Below are positions 14,791-23,012 of a stretch of DNA of 32,281 nt, piece after piece. Positions within the stretch are counted from its first letter, which is position 1; every line of letters begins with the position of its first letter. Both the position numbers and the translations under genes were made by a program. The stretch is from NCBI GenBank assembly GCA_038199155.1, contig JBBPZK010000194.1, positions 1-32,281 of the forward strand, written 5' to 3'. Origin of the DNA: Rubrobacterales bacterium (GTDB lineage: Bacteria > Actinomycetota > Rubrobacteria > Rubrobacterales > Rubrobacteraceae). The notes beneath the pieces were generated by a model. That model ran no database searches and was not told the origin of the DNA. It worked only from the letters and a program-made list of their open reading frames with translations.

Positions 14791-15864
14791 TTGCGTGCGC
14801 TAGCCCCAAAGATCTTCGACGGTCATAACGACACCCTGCTGAACCTCCATCTCCCGGAGAGAAGCGGCGGACGTGGCTTCTTCGAGCGGAGCAAGGTCGG
14901 ACATATCGACCTGCCGCGCGCTGTCGAGGGCGGGTTCGGGGGAGGTTTCTTCGCGTGTTTCGCCCCGCCGGATCCCGAAAACAACTGGGACGAAGAGTCC
15001 GCGTTGCGTCTCTATAAGGATAGCTACGAAGTTCTTCCGTCTCCACCGATAAACCCGGAATACGCGCGAAGGGTGGCTGACGAACTGGCGGCACTGCTCT
15101 TCCGCATAGAGGCGGAGTCCGGGGGTGCTCTAAAGGTCGTGCGCGCGGCGATGGAGATCGAAACGTGCCTGCGGGAGGGCGTGCTCGCGGCGGTTCTCCA
15201 CTTCGAGGGAGCCGAGAACCTCGGCCCGGATCCGGCGGCGCTCGAAGCCTATTACGAAGCGGGGCTCCGCTCGCTCGGCCTCGTGTGGAGCCGCCCGAAC
15301 GCCTACGCTTACGGCGTCCCGTTCAAGTTCCCGTCCTCGCCCGACACGGGACCGGGCCTGACGGAGAAGGGAAAAGAACTTGTCCGGGAGTGTAACCGGC
15401 TCGGCATAATGGTAGACCTTTCACACCTCAACGAGAAGGGTTTCCATGATGTAGCGGAGTTGACAAACGCGCCGCTGGTAGCCTCCCACTCCAACGCGCA
15501 CGCCCTCTGCCAATCTTCCCGTAACCTGACAGATTGGCAACTCGACACCATCCGCGACTCGGGCGGGATGGTCGGGGTCAACTTCGCCGTTTCGTTCTTG
15601 AGGGAGGACGGCCACGACAACCCGAACACCCCGCTGGAGACTGTGGTGCGGCACGTAGACTACCTGGTAGAACGGCTCGGCGTGGACCGCGTCGGCTTCG
15701 GCTCGGACTTCGATGGCGCGAAGGTGCCCCGCGAGATCAAGGACGTATCCGGCTTGCCAAAATTGCTGGCGGCGCTGCGCGAAAGGGGCTACGGAGACGA
15801 GGATCTATCGAAGCTGGCGCACGGGAACTGGCTACGGGTGCTGCGCACTACCTGGGGCGAGTAG
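14791..15864 (+). CDS. membrane-dipeptidase family (peptidase M19)
   Basis: It has the M19 blocks FDGHNDTLL, VDLSHLN, ASHSNAHAL and GFGSDFDG. The only in-frame start (TTG 14791) directly abuts the Uma2 TAG. Confidence 0.85.
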   Translation: MRALAPKIFDGHNDTLLNLHLPERSGGRGFFERSKVGHIDLPRAVEGGFGGGFFACFAPPDPENNWDEESALRLYKDSYEVLPSPPINPEYARRVADELAALLFRIEAESGGALKVVRAAMEIETCLREGVLAAVLHFEGAENLGPDPAALEAYYEAGLRSLGLVWSRPNAYAYGVPFKFPSSPDTGPGLTEKGKELVRECNRLGIMVDLSHLNEKGFHDVAELTNAPLVASHSNAHALCQSSRNLTDWQLDTIRDSGGMVGVNFAVSFLREDGHDNPNTPLETVVRHVDYLVERLGVDRVGFGSDFDGAKVPREIKDVSGLPKLLAALRERGYGDEDLSKLAHGNWLRVLRTTWGE

Positions 15865-15909
15865 CAGACCTCACCATGAAGATAGGCGGCGCGGTGAGTG
15901 TGGAACAGG

Positions 15910-16794
15910 TTAGCGCTTCCGGGCCAAATACACTCCGGCCAGGATCACCGCCGCGCCAGCGAGTTGTCCTGCTCCGAAGCCTTCGCCTAGTAGAACTATC
16001 CCGGCGCTGACGCCGGTCAGGGCAACGAGGTACTGGTAGACGAGCACCCGGTTCGCCCCCACCGATGACACGCCCCGCTGCCAGGCGGCGAATCCGAACG
16101 CCGAGGAGCAGAGCGTCGAGTAGAGTGCCGCGAACCACACCCATCCGCCCATAGAACCGGTATCGACGTTCAGGTCAAGCGCGGCGAGCGGGAAGGCCGC
16201 AAGCCCTCCGATAAGCATCGGGTAGGCTGCGACCGCGAGCGGTGAGTAGCGCCGGAGCAGCGATAAGGAGAGCACGGTGTAGCAGCCCCAGCAGATGGCG
16301 GCGATGAGGATCAAGAAGTCTCCGAGTAGGCTCGTGCCGCCGAGGTCGAGGCCGCCGTAGACCACGGCGCCGACCCCGACGAGACACAGCGCTACCCCGG
16401 CTATACCGGAGAGGCGCGGTTTTTCGAGGGAGAGGACGAAGCCGAGGAGCATTCCCCAGACGGGTGCGGTCGAGTAGATCAGGGCCGTGTTGGCAGCCGT
16501 CGTAAGGCTCACCCCGATGGTAAAGACCGACTGGGTCGCGGTGATCCCGACGATTCCGAGCCCGAAGACCGGCAGGAAGTCCTTTCGCCTGAGGCGGGTT
16601 TCGGGTTCCGAAAAGCGGAGGATCGTCCACAGCAGGCTCCCAGCGAAGGTGAAGCGCGCCGCCGCGAATAGCAGCGGCGGCACGCTCCCGACTACGAGCT
16701 TCACCGCCACGAAGTTGGTCCCAAAAAAGAAGACCGTCATGAGCAGTGAGACCTCGACCCATAGCGAAGCCCGGCGTCCTTCCATAGCAGTCAA
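15910..16794 (-). CDS. EamA/DMT-superfamily transporter
   Basis: This 294-aa ORF has about 10 hydrophobic helices arranged as two EamA-like repeats. Confidence 0.85.
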   Translation of the reverse strand: MTAMEGRRASLWVEVSLLMTVFFFGTNFVAVKLVVGSVPPLLFAAARFTFAGSLLWTILRFSEPETRLRRKDFLPVFGLGIVGITATQSVFTIGVSLTTAANTALIYSTAPVWGMLLGFVLSLEKPRLSGIAGVALCLVGVGAVVYGGLDLGGTSLLGDFLILIAAICWGCYTVLSLSLLRRYSPLAVAAYPMLIGGLAAFPLAALDLNVDTGSMGGWVWFAALYSTLCSSAFGFAAWQRGVSSVGANRVLVYQYLVALTGVSAGIVLLGEGFGAGQLAGAAVILAGVYLARKR

Positions 16795-16812
16795 TGCTTT
16801 TGGCCCCGCTCT

Positions 16813-17871
16813 CTAGCGGACGAAGTCCGTACCGGAGTCCAGGGTCTTCACGTAGGAGGCTATGAGGCGGGCGCAGCTCTCGACGTCTTCGAGGTTCACG
16901 ATCTCGTTCGGGGAGTGCATGTAGCGGTTCGGGCACGAGACGAGGCCCGTGGCGATACCGGCCCGGTTGAAGTGTATGGCGTCGGCGTCGGTCCCGGTGC
17001 GGCGCGAGTCGCCCGCCAGCGTGTAGGACATGCCTTCCTTCTCGGCGGCTTCGATCAGGCCGCCGGAGACTATTGGACTCAAGACAGAGGCGCGGGAGAT
17101 GACCGGCCCGCTTCCGAGCGCATGATCCCCCTCCTCGTTTTTGGAGATGCCGGGCGTGTCGGTGGCGTGGGTAACGTCCACGGCTATCGCGGCGTCCGGG
17201 TCGAGGCCGAAAGAGGATCCGCGGGCACCGTTTAGCCCGATCTCCTCCTGCACGCTGGCAACCGCCACCACCTCTGGGGCGATGTCGCCTTCTTCGGAGA
17301 GCAGCCGCAGGGCTTCGAGCACCACGAACGCTCCCATCCGGTTGTCCACTGAACGCGACGCGATAAGGCCGTTCGGGAGCTCTATAAGATCCTGGTCCAG
17401 CACACCCACGTCCCCGACTCGGACAAGCTTCTCCGCTTCCTCTTTATCTTTCGCGCCGATGTCGATCCAGAGGCTCTTTATAGTCGAAGCTTTCTTGCGC
17501 TCCTCGGGCTCCATTAGGTGTATCGCCTTCTTGCCAATAACGCCGACGGCCTCTCCGCTCTCGGTCTGGAGCTTTATCCTCTGGCCGACGAGGACCTGCG
17601 GGTCCCACCCGCCGACGCCGGTAAAGTGGATCAAACCGTGCTCGTCCATGTGGATGACCATCACCCCGATCTCATCGATGTGTCCGCTGAGCATCACCCT
17701 CGGCGACCCACCCTCGTTGAGCGTCGCGAACGAGTTGCCCATCCTGTCGCCCCGGACCCCGGCAAACTTCCCAGCTTCCTCCCGCCAGACTCGGGTCACA
17801 GCACCTTCGTAGCCGCTCGGCCCGGGCGTGGATAGTAACTTCTTGAAGAAACCATACGACTCTTCTCTCAT
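16813..17871 (-). CDS. M42-family metallo-aminopeptidase (FrvX/PepA-like)
   Basis: It has the M42 blocks MLSGHIDEIGVMV, SRSVDNRMGA and VQEEIGLNGA, and is 352 aa. Confidence 0.85.
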   Translation of the reverse strand: MREESYGFFKKLLSTPGPSGYEGAVTRVWREEAGKFAGVRGDRMGNSFATLNEGGSPRVMLSGHIDEIGVMVIHMDEHGLIHFTGVGGWDPQVLVGQRIKLQTESGEAVGVIGKKAIHLMEPEERKKASTIKSLWIDIGAKDKEEAEKLVRVGDVGVLDQDLIELPNGLIASRSVDNRMGAFVVLEALRLLSEEGDIAPEVVAVASVQEEIGLNGARGSSFGLDPDAAIAVDVTHATDTPGISKNEEGDHALGSGPVISRASVLSPIVSGGLIEAAEKEGMSYTLAGDSRRTGTDADAIHFNRAGIATGLVSCPNRYMHSPNEIVNLEDVESCARLIASYVKTLDSGTDFVR

Positions 17872-17909
17872 CTTCCTCCTGGCTGATTTCTCGTGAGTAT
17901 CTACCTTTC

Positions 17910-18470
17910 CTACTCTACCAGAGCATCACTATCGCGCCCGTGTTCATCAGCACCCAGCGCGTATTGCACTTCCTCGTCTCCTTCCTCACCGATGAACCTG
18001 CTGTTCAGCTTGAAACCTACTTTCTCCAACACCCGTATGGAGGCGACATTCTCCGCTATGACATCCGCCACGACGCGCTTTGTTCCGAGTTCGCTGAAAC
18101 CTTTCTCAAGCAGCGCTCTCGATCCTTCGGTGGCATAGCCTTTGCCCCACTCGTCCCGTTTGAGCCGGTAGCCGAGCTCGACTTCCTCGAAGCTGTTCGG
18201 CAAACGTCCGTCGACCGGCACCGGCCTCAGAAAGAACCACCCGACGAACCGGCCGGTGCCTTTCTCAACCGCCGCGTAGAAACCGTAGTCGTCGTACTTG
18301 TCGTAGTAGGAGAGAAGACGGGGCAGGAGGCGGTCGCTGACCTCCTCGTACGGAGTGGTCTTGCCGCCAGGGTTGGCGTAACGGACTACCTCCGGGTCGC
18401 TCTCCAGCTCGAAGAGGTTCTCTACATCCGAGGCGTTCAGCTTCCGCAACACCAGCCTCTCCGTCTCCAG
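17910..18470 (-). CDS. GNAT-family N-acetyltransferase (RimJ/RimL-like)
   Basis: It has the ETERLVLRKL start typical of this family and the core GWFFLRP...ELGYRLKRDEWGKGYATEG. The ORF opens at GTG 18659 but would then overlap the upstream gene by 142 nt. The only SD-backed start is CTG 18470 (GGGAG 5 nt upstream), so the start is uncertain. Confidence 0.7.
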   Translation of the reverse strand: METERLVLRKLNASDVENLFELESDPEVVRYANPGGKTTPYEEVSDRLLPRLLSYYDKYDDYGFYAAVEKGTGRFVGWFFLRPVPVDGRLPNSFEEVELGYRLKRDEWGKGYATEGSRALLEKGFSELGTKRVVADVIAENVASIRVLEKVGFKLNSRFIGEEGDEEVQYALGADEHGRDSDALVE

Positions 18471-18517
18471 AAAGACTCCCGTGACTCCTCTCTTTTCCCC
18501 TGCGGCGCCATCGTCTT

Positions 18518-19216
18518 CTACCGTTGACTTACCTGCAACTCTATACGGCCGCTCTCCAGTGGATGTCGGTCTTTTCCGAACTCTTTGTATGGTATGGAGA
18601 TTTCGAAAGGTTCGGAGAGCGGGTCCGGATCGAGGCGTAAGGTTCGTCGGTCCGTCCACTGTGGGTCGTAGTGCTCACCGTCGAACGAGAAGCCGTCCGG
18701 GTAAGGCGGCGGATAGTCCGACCCCCCGGGCTCGTTGAGGCACACAAACAAAGACAGGCCGTCGCAGAGCTTCAGAAACCGTAAGTTGCGGCCCACATTC
18801 TCAGCCTCTTCCTCGGACATTCCAGCGCGGAGTCTCTCCTGGCGCCGGGACTCTTCGGTGACGAACCGTATCTCCGCTTCCTTGTTCGAGGCCTGCATGA
18901 GGGTCGTGTAATGGAGGCTGCATAGGTAAGCGGCGTACGAGTTCTCTATCTCCAGCTGGTTCAGTCCCTCCGTGTAAGCCCGGACTTTCGGCTCCGGCGG
19001 GTAGTCCACGAAGGAATAGGGGCGATCCCTATCCTCGTTCCAGCTTACGTCCAGATCCGGTCCCCGCCAGGCCACGTCGTGATGGGCCACGGCGTACAGT
19101 GTGGAGTCGGGAGGGTGAGGCGATTTCGACCAGTGCCGGGCAAACTCGGCCGATATCAGGGCGTGCTCGTGTTGCTCGATGAGCACGAAAGAGTCCGGTC
19201 GCTCACGCACGATCAT
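18518..19216 (-). CDS. conserved hypothetical protein, possibly DUF3891-like (His/Asp-rich, HD-like motifs)
   Basis: This 232-aa ORF has an SD GGAGGA before ATG 19216. Its N-terminus MIVRERPDSFVLIEQHEHALISAEFARHW...AVAHHD resembles my recollection of DUF3891 proteins. I have not verified this. Confidence 0.55.
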   Translation of the reverse strand: MIVRERPDSFVLIEQHEHALISAEFARHWSKSPHPPDSTLYAVAHHDVAWRGPDLDVSWNEDRDRPYSFVDYPPEPKVRAYTEGLNQLEIENSYAAYLCSLHYTTLMQASNKEAEIRFVTEESRRQERLRAGMSEEEAENVGRNLRFLKLCDGLSLFVCLNEPGGSDYPPPYPDGFSFDGEHYDPQWTDRRTLRLDPDPLSEPFEISIPYKEFGKDRHPLESGRIELQVSQR

Positions 19217-19302
19217 ACGTCCTCCATCTCGTCTCTTCCTTCTCCAGCAAGGTTACAGCCGGTGAGGAGTTCGAACAAGCTAGAAATAGGGACCGGGGAG
19301 CG

Positions 19303-19845
19303 TTAGAGCACCGGCCGGCGATCGACGGCAAGCGGGACCCTGAGGGTTTCGTCTTCGAGAAACGCGTCCTGGGCATCCTCGAACAACTCCGCCGGCACGG
19401 ACGCGAGCACGAGCGCGAACCCGGAAGAGAAGCCACCTTCCCACTGAGATGCGAGGTTTTCGGGTAGCCCCATGCCGAGGACTTTCTTCTCCAGGCGCGG
19501 GAGGCGATGGTAGATGATGAGCCCGACGATGGCGATCAGCATCATTATGGCCTGCACGGTGATCCCAAGGGGCAGGCTAACCGCACCCATCAGGACGCTG
19601 ACGGCCGTGACCCCGATAAACGTGCTGGCGAACTCGAACCACTGCATGCGCGTGAGACCGGACTCTATCCTCCGCACGTGAGCTTCTGGAAGCGTCGCCC
19701 GAACCAACGACTCGTCCCGGCGCCGCACCAGTACGGTAACGGCGTCAGCCGCCACACTCTCCTTGACGAGCCGGTCTTCGAGGTTCAGGAGGGCCTGGAT
19801 GTCCGGGACGATCGCTCCCAGAGTGTAATAGCGTGGAATGCTCAT
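19303..19845 (-). CDS. hypothetical membrane protein (soluble N-domain, 2 TM helices, acidic C-tail)
   Basis: This 180-aa ORF has two hydrophobic helices (FASTFIGVTAVSVLMGAVSL and TVQAIMMLIAIVGLIIY). A TAGAAA box lies 6 nt before the ATG and there is no SD. I recognise no family. Confidence 0.6.
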   Translation of the reverse strand: MSIPRYYTLGAIVPDIQALLNLEDRLVKESVAADAVTVLVRRRDESLVRATLPEAHVRRIESGLTRMQWFEFASTFIGVTAVSVLMGAVSLPLGITVQAIMMLIAIVGLIIYHRLPRLEKKVLGMGLPENLASQWEGGFSSGFALVLASVPAELFEDAQDAFLEDETLRVPLAVDRRPVL

Positions 19846-19889
19846 GATCTGTTTCTATCCCACAGTTCTCCGAAAGCCGGTAAGCCACT

Positions 19890-20423
19890 TCACGCGAGGG
19901 CGTTCGAAGATGCCAGAAAAGCGGCCGCCACGGCGGTCCCGATCAGGGCTCCGGCCAACACGTCGAAGGGGTAATGGACGCCGAGGTAAACGCGGGAGAG
20001 GGCGACGAGAAACCCTGACAAGAGAAGCAAAGGGGCGAAGGCGGGGTAGATAACGGCGAGCGTCAAGGCCCCGGCTGCGGCCGTTGCGGAGTGTCCCGAA
20101 GGGAAAGAACTGGAGGAAGGCGTCTTTATGAGCGGCGCGATCTCCGTGTCGTGGATAAAAGGCCGTGTCCGGTCAAACAGGTATTTCGTCCCTTCGGCGA
20201 CCGTCCAGGCGCTCGCGACAGCGCCCCAGGGGACTACGAGAGAGGAGGGACGCATCCCGCTCGCCACGAAACCTCCCGCCGCGAGAACACCCCAGAGAGA
20301 GCCGGCAGTCCCAACCACGGTGAAGCCACGCAACACAGTAGTCAGGGGCGGCCACTTGACGCGAAAGACAGCCCGAAACAGCCTCCGGTCCAGGGCTGTG
20401 ATCTCTTTAAAAACGCTCTCCAT
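19890..20423 (-). CDS. PAP2-family phosphatase (phosphatidic acid / undecaprenyl-PP phosphatase-like)
   Basis: All three PAP2 motifs are present: KYLFDRTRP, PSGH and SRVYLGVHYPFD. A GGGAG SD precedes ATG 20423. Confidence 0.85.
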   Translation of the reverse strand: MESVFKEITALDRRLFRAVFRVKWPPLTTVLRGFTVVGTAGSLWGVLAAGGFVASGMRPSSLVVPWGAVASAWTVAEGTKYLFDRTRPFIHDTEIAPLIKTPSSSSFPSGHSATAAAGALTLAVIYPAFAPLLLLSGFLVALSRVYLGVHYPFDVLAGALIGTAVAAAFLASSNALA

Positions 20424-20725
20424 GTTTCACGCTCCCGAATGAGGTCGAACCCGAAATATTCTACCCTCTACCCGCATGGGAAACCTGCTCGACACGCAGG
20501 GCCGCCGGCTGCCGACAGAAACACTCGAAGCTACACCAGAGACCAAGATCTCTGCTGGATCTCCGTTCATAAGTCGTGAGAAGGATTGTGAAACGTCCAC
20601 GTCGTGGGCGAACCTTCAAGTTTCAGCGGAGACGTGCTTCAGAACCGCGGGCTTCCAGAGAAGCAGACGGGTTCATAGAGGGCGCGAAAGGTGGACTCGT
20701 AACGGTGGAGCCTCTACAGGGCCTA

Positions 20726-21517
20726 TTATTTCGACTCGCGGAGCTTTTCTTTCATGGACTTGGGTTTCGAGCCTATGACCTGGCCGAAGTTGAGGAGCGT
20801 TACGAGGACTACGCCACCGATGATGTTGCCGAGGGTGGTCGGCAGCAGGAAGCCGCCCAGGTATTCCAAAAAGGAAGTATTGCCTGCGAAGACGCTCATC
20901 AGTATTTCCGAGGAGCCGGCGATGCTGTGTGCCAGGCCGGCGGCGGGGATCAGGAAAGCGATGACGTAGATAAAGAAGATCTGGGAGATAGTGTCGCGAG
21001 AGGAAGCCACGAGCCACGCTATCAGGGCCACCAGCCAGCCGCCAAACACGGCCTTTATGCCGACGGTCCAGAACCCGTATCCCAACAGGTGGTCTGCCTC
21101 CTTGAGCAGGAGATCCAGAGGAAATCCTTCCAGCACTCCTCCGTAGACCACGACGGCTGCGAAGACAAGGGTCCCGAGCAGGTTGGAGATAAAGATCACC
21201 GTCCACATCCGCAACATGTTGGGCAACTGGTTGTGTTGGGTGAGAACGACGGTCACCGGCGTTACGGTGTTTTCGGTAAAGAGTTGCGCACGGCCCAGGA
21301 TCACGATGAGGAAGCCGATCGGATAGACCAGCATGGCCGTCAAGCCTATCCCCCCGGTCATCGCCCCGACGACAGCCATGGCGATCACCCCGAAAGACAG
21401 GTTGAGCCCCGCCGCGAACCCGGAGAAAGCGAGCCCCGCATTGGCGCGTTCGAGTTCCTTCTCCCCGTCTTCGATCACGGTTTCGAGGATTTCACCAGCT
21501 GTCTTGGAAGAGGCCAT
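20726..21517 (-). CDS. formate/nitrite transporter (FNT) family protein, YfdC-like
   Basis: This 263-aa ORF has six helices and an FNT-like block (GRAQLFTENTVTPV). Confidence 0.8.
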   Translation of the reverse strand: MASSKTAGEILETVIEDGEKELERANAGLAFSGFAAGLNLSFGVIAMAVVGAMTGGIGLTAMLVYPIGFLIVILGRAQLFTENTVTPVTVVLTQHNQLPNMLRMWTVIFISNLLGTLVFAAVVVYGGVLEGFPLDLLLKEADHLLGYGFWTVGIKAVFGGWLVALIAWLVASSRDTISQIFFIYVIAFLIPAAGLAHSIAGSSEILMSVFAGNTSFLEYLGGFLLPTTLGNIIGGVVLVTLLNFGQVIGSKPKSMKEKLRESK

Positions 21518-21650
21518 CGAGCAAGAGTACTACATAAAGCAAGCGCTTTAGCGAGCGGGATCACACCCTCTCTTCCTCTTTTGTCCCGCCTTCTAAAGTA
21601 GAATAGGGTAGAGTCTGAAAGTTACCTCTCTAAAACAGGAGTAAGAGAAC

Positions 21651-21917
21651 ATGAAAAAAGAGCTTGTACAGGAAATCATCGAAGAAGCCCGCAACGAGGA
21701 GGCGAACCTCGTCATCTGGGACAGGAGGGACACCTTCACCGTCGAGTCTGGAGACCTCGACAACGTGGAGATCTTCGACGAATATCTCAAGGCGAAGATG
21801 CAAGATGGACGGGCGACGGTTTTCGTAGAGCACGACTCTATCTACAAGCTTGTTATAGAGAAGGAGCGCTCCCGCCGCACCGGCGTCCGCGCGGGTTTCG
21901 GCGCCTCCGCCGACTAA
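21651..21917 (+). CDS. hypothetical small protein (88 aa)
   Basis: An ACAGGAG SD lies 8 nt before ATG 21651. Codon usage matches the neighbours, and I recognise no family. Confidence 0.6.
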   Translation: MKKELVQEIIEEARNEEANLVIWDRRDTFTVESGDLDNVEIFDEYLKAKMQDGRATVFVEHDSIYKLVIEKERSRRTGVRAGFGASAD

Positions 21918-21924
21918 CCGCCAG

Positions 21925-22620
21925 CTAGCTTTCCGGCCTCATCTTCGTAACCTCCACGCCCGAACCTGAGTCGCGGGCCACGAACGCCTCACGGACAAGC
22001 CTGACGAAGAGACCGCACTCAAGGGCGCCGGGTATGCTTTTTATCTCGATCTCCAGCGAGCCGGGATCCGCTATGGTCGGGAAGAGACAATCTACCGTGT
22101 AGTGTCCGCCATCGGTCACGAACGGCCGCGACCTATCCATCCTGAGCGTCGGCTCGCAGCCCAAAGAGGCGAGTGACCGCAGGGTCGCCTCCCATCCGAA
22201 GGAGTCCACCTCGACCGGCAGAGGCCCTTCGCCCAGGGCTTTTACGGGTTTGGAGTCGTCGGCGACGACGATCAGGCCATCCGTGCCCGAAGAGGCGACT
22301 ATCTTCTCGCGCAAAAGCGCCCCGCCCAGACCCTTGATCAGGTCCAGGCTGGGTGAGATCTCATCGGCCCCGTCTATGGTAATTTCGGGATCGGCGTCCG
22401 AGAGCGAGATCACTTCTATACCGACCTCTCGCGCGAGTTCCGCAGTTCGCTCTGAGGTCGGAACTCCCCGGATGTCCCGAAGCTCTCCGGAAGAGATTAG
22501 CTCCCCGATCCTCGTCACGGCCAGGGAAGACGTGGATCCCGTCCCGAGACCGACCACCATCCCACTAGTGACGCTAGCTTCCACCGCAGCGTACGCGGCG
22601 GCCTGCTTCAGCTTCTCCAT
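21925..22620 (-). CDS. rpiA: ribose-5-phosphate isomerase A
   Basis: It has the RpiA blocks GLGTGST, TIDGADE and KGLGGALLREK. I start at ATG 22620 (MEKLKQAAAY, with a GGGGGAGAG SD) rather than at the ORF opening at 22659. Confidence 0.85.
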   Translation of the reverse strand: MEKLKQAAAYAAVEASVTSGMVVGLGTGSTSSLAVTRIGELISSGELRDIRGVPTSERTAELAREVGIEVISLSDADPEITIDGADEISPSLDLIKGLGGALLREKIVASSGTDGLIVVADDSKPVKALGEGPLPVEVDSFGWEATLRSLASLGCEPTLRMDRSRPFVTDGGHYTVDCLFPTIADPGSLEIEIKSIPGALECGLFVRLVREAFVARDSGSGVEVTKMRPES

Positions 22621-22671
22621 CTCTCCCCCTACGAGAAAAGAGGCCGGGCAAAAACGCACCGGCCTCCGCTT

Positions 22672-22878
22672 CTACTCCACCACCTCGACCCTTGAGGCTT
22701 GCTTGCCTCGTCGGCCATCGATGACCTCGAACTCTACCTGGGCTCCTTCGTCGAGGCTCTTGAAGCCCTCTCCGACTATCTCGGGGAAGTGGACGAAAAG
22801 GTCCTCGCCGTCTTCCTCGTTCTCGATGAAGCCGTAACCTTTTTCATCCGAGAACCACTTGACCCTGCCACGCGACAC
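22672..22878 (-). CDS. cold-shock protein (CspA family)
   Basis: This 68-aa ORF has RNP1 (KGYGFI) and RNP2 (LFVHF) motifs. It has a GTG start with a GGAGG SD. Confidence 0.9.
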   Translation of the reverse strand: MSRGRVKWFSDEKGYGFIENEEDGEDLFVHFPEIVGEGFKSLDEGAQVEFEVIDGRRGKQASRVEVVE

Positions 22879-22965
22879 GACACCTCCAGTTCTACCCGCC
22901 CGGCCTCAACAAAAGACCCTCCGGACACCTGCGATACGCCACCAAACCTCCGGCGGCAGTGCGGG

Positions 22966-22994
22966 ACTTTATCATCGAGCGATTGGGGAAGCAA
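22966..22994 (-). promoter_or_regulatory. promoter candidate for csp (predicts a 5' UTR of about 80 nt)
   Basis: On the minus strand: TTGCTT (22994-22989), a 17-nt spacer, then TAAAGT (22971-22966). Confidence 0.3.
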
Positions 22995-23012
22995 TCGAGG
23001 CTACCGCGGTGT

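Noticed and set aside
15870-15898. CTCACC/GGTGAG stem between the convergent dipeptidase and EamA genes as a terminator
   Set aside because: It is only a 6-bp stem with a 17-nt loop and no U-tract, which is too weak to call.
20576-21601. 341-aa plus-strand ORF covering the whole FNT locus
   Set aside because: It lies antisense to a well-supported membrane-transporter gene. Its sequence is Arg/Gly/His/Asp/Glu-rich and low-complexity with no motifs or SD. Long antisense ORFs are a typical artefact in GC-rich DNA.
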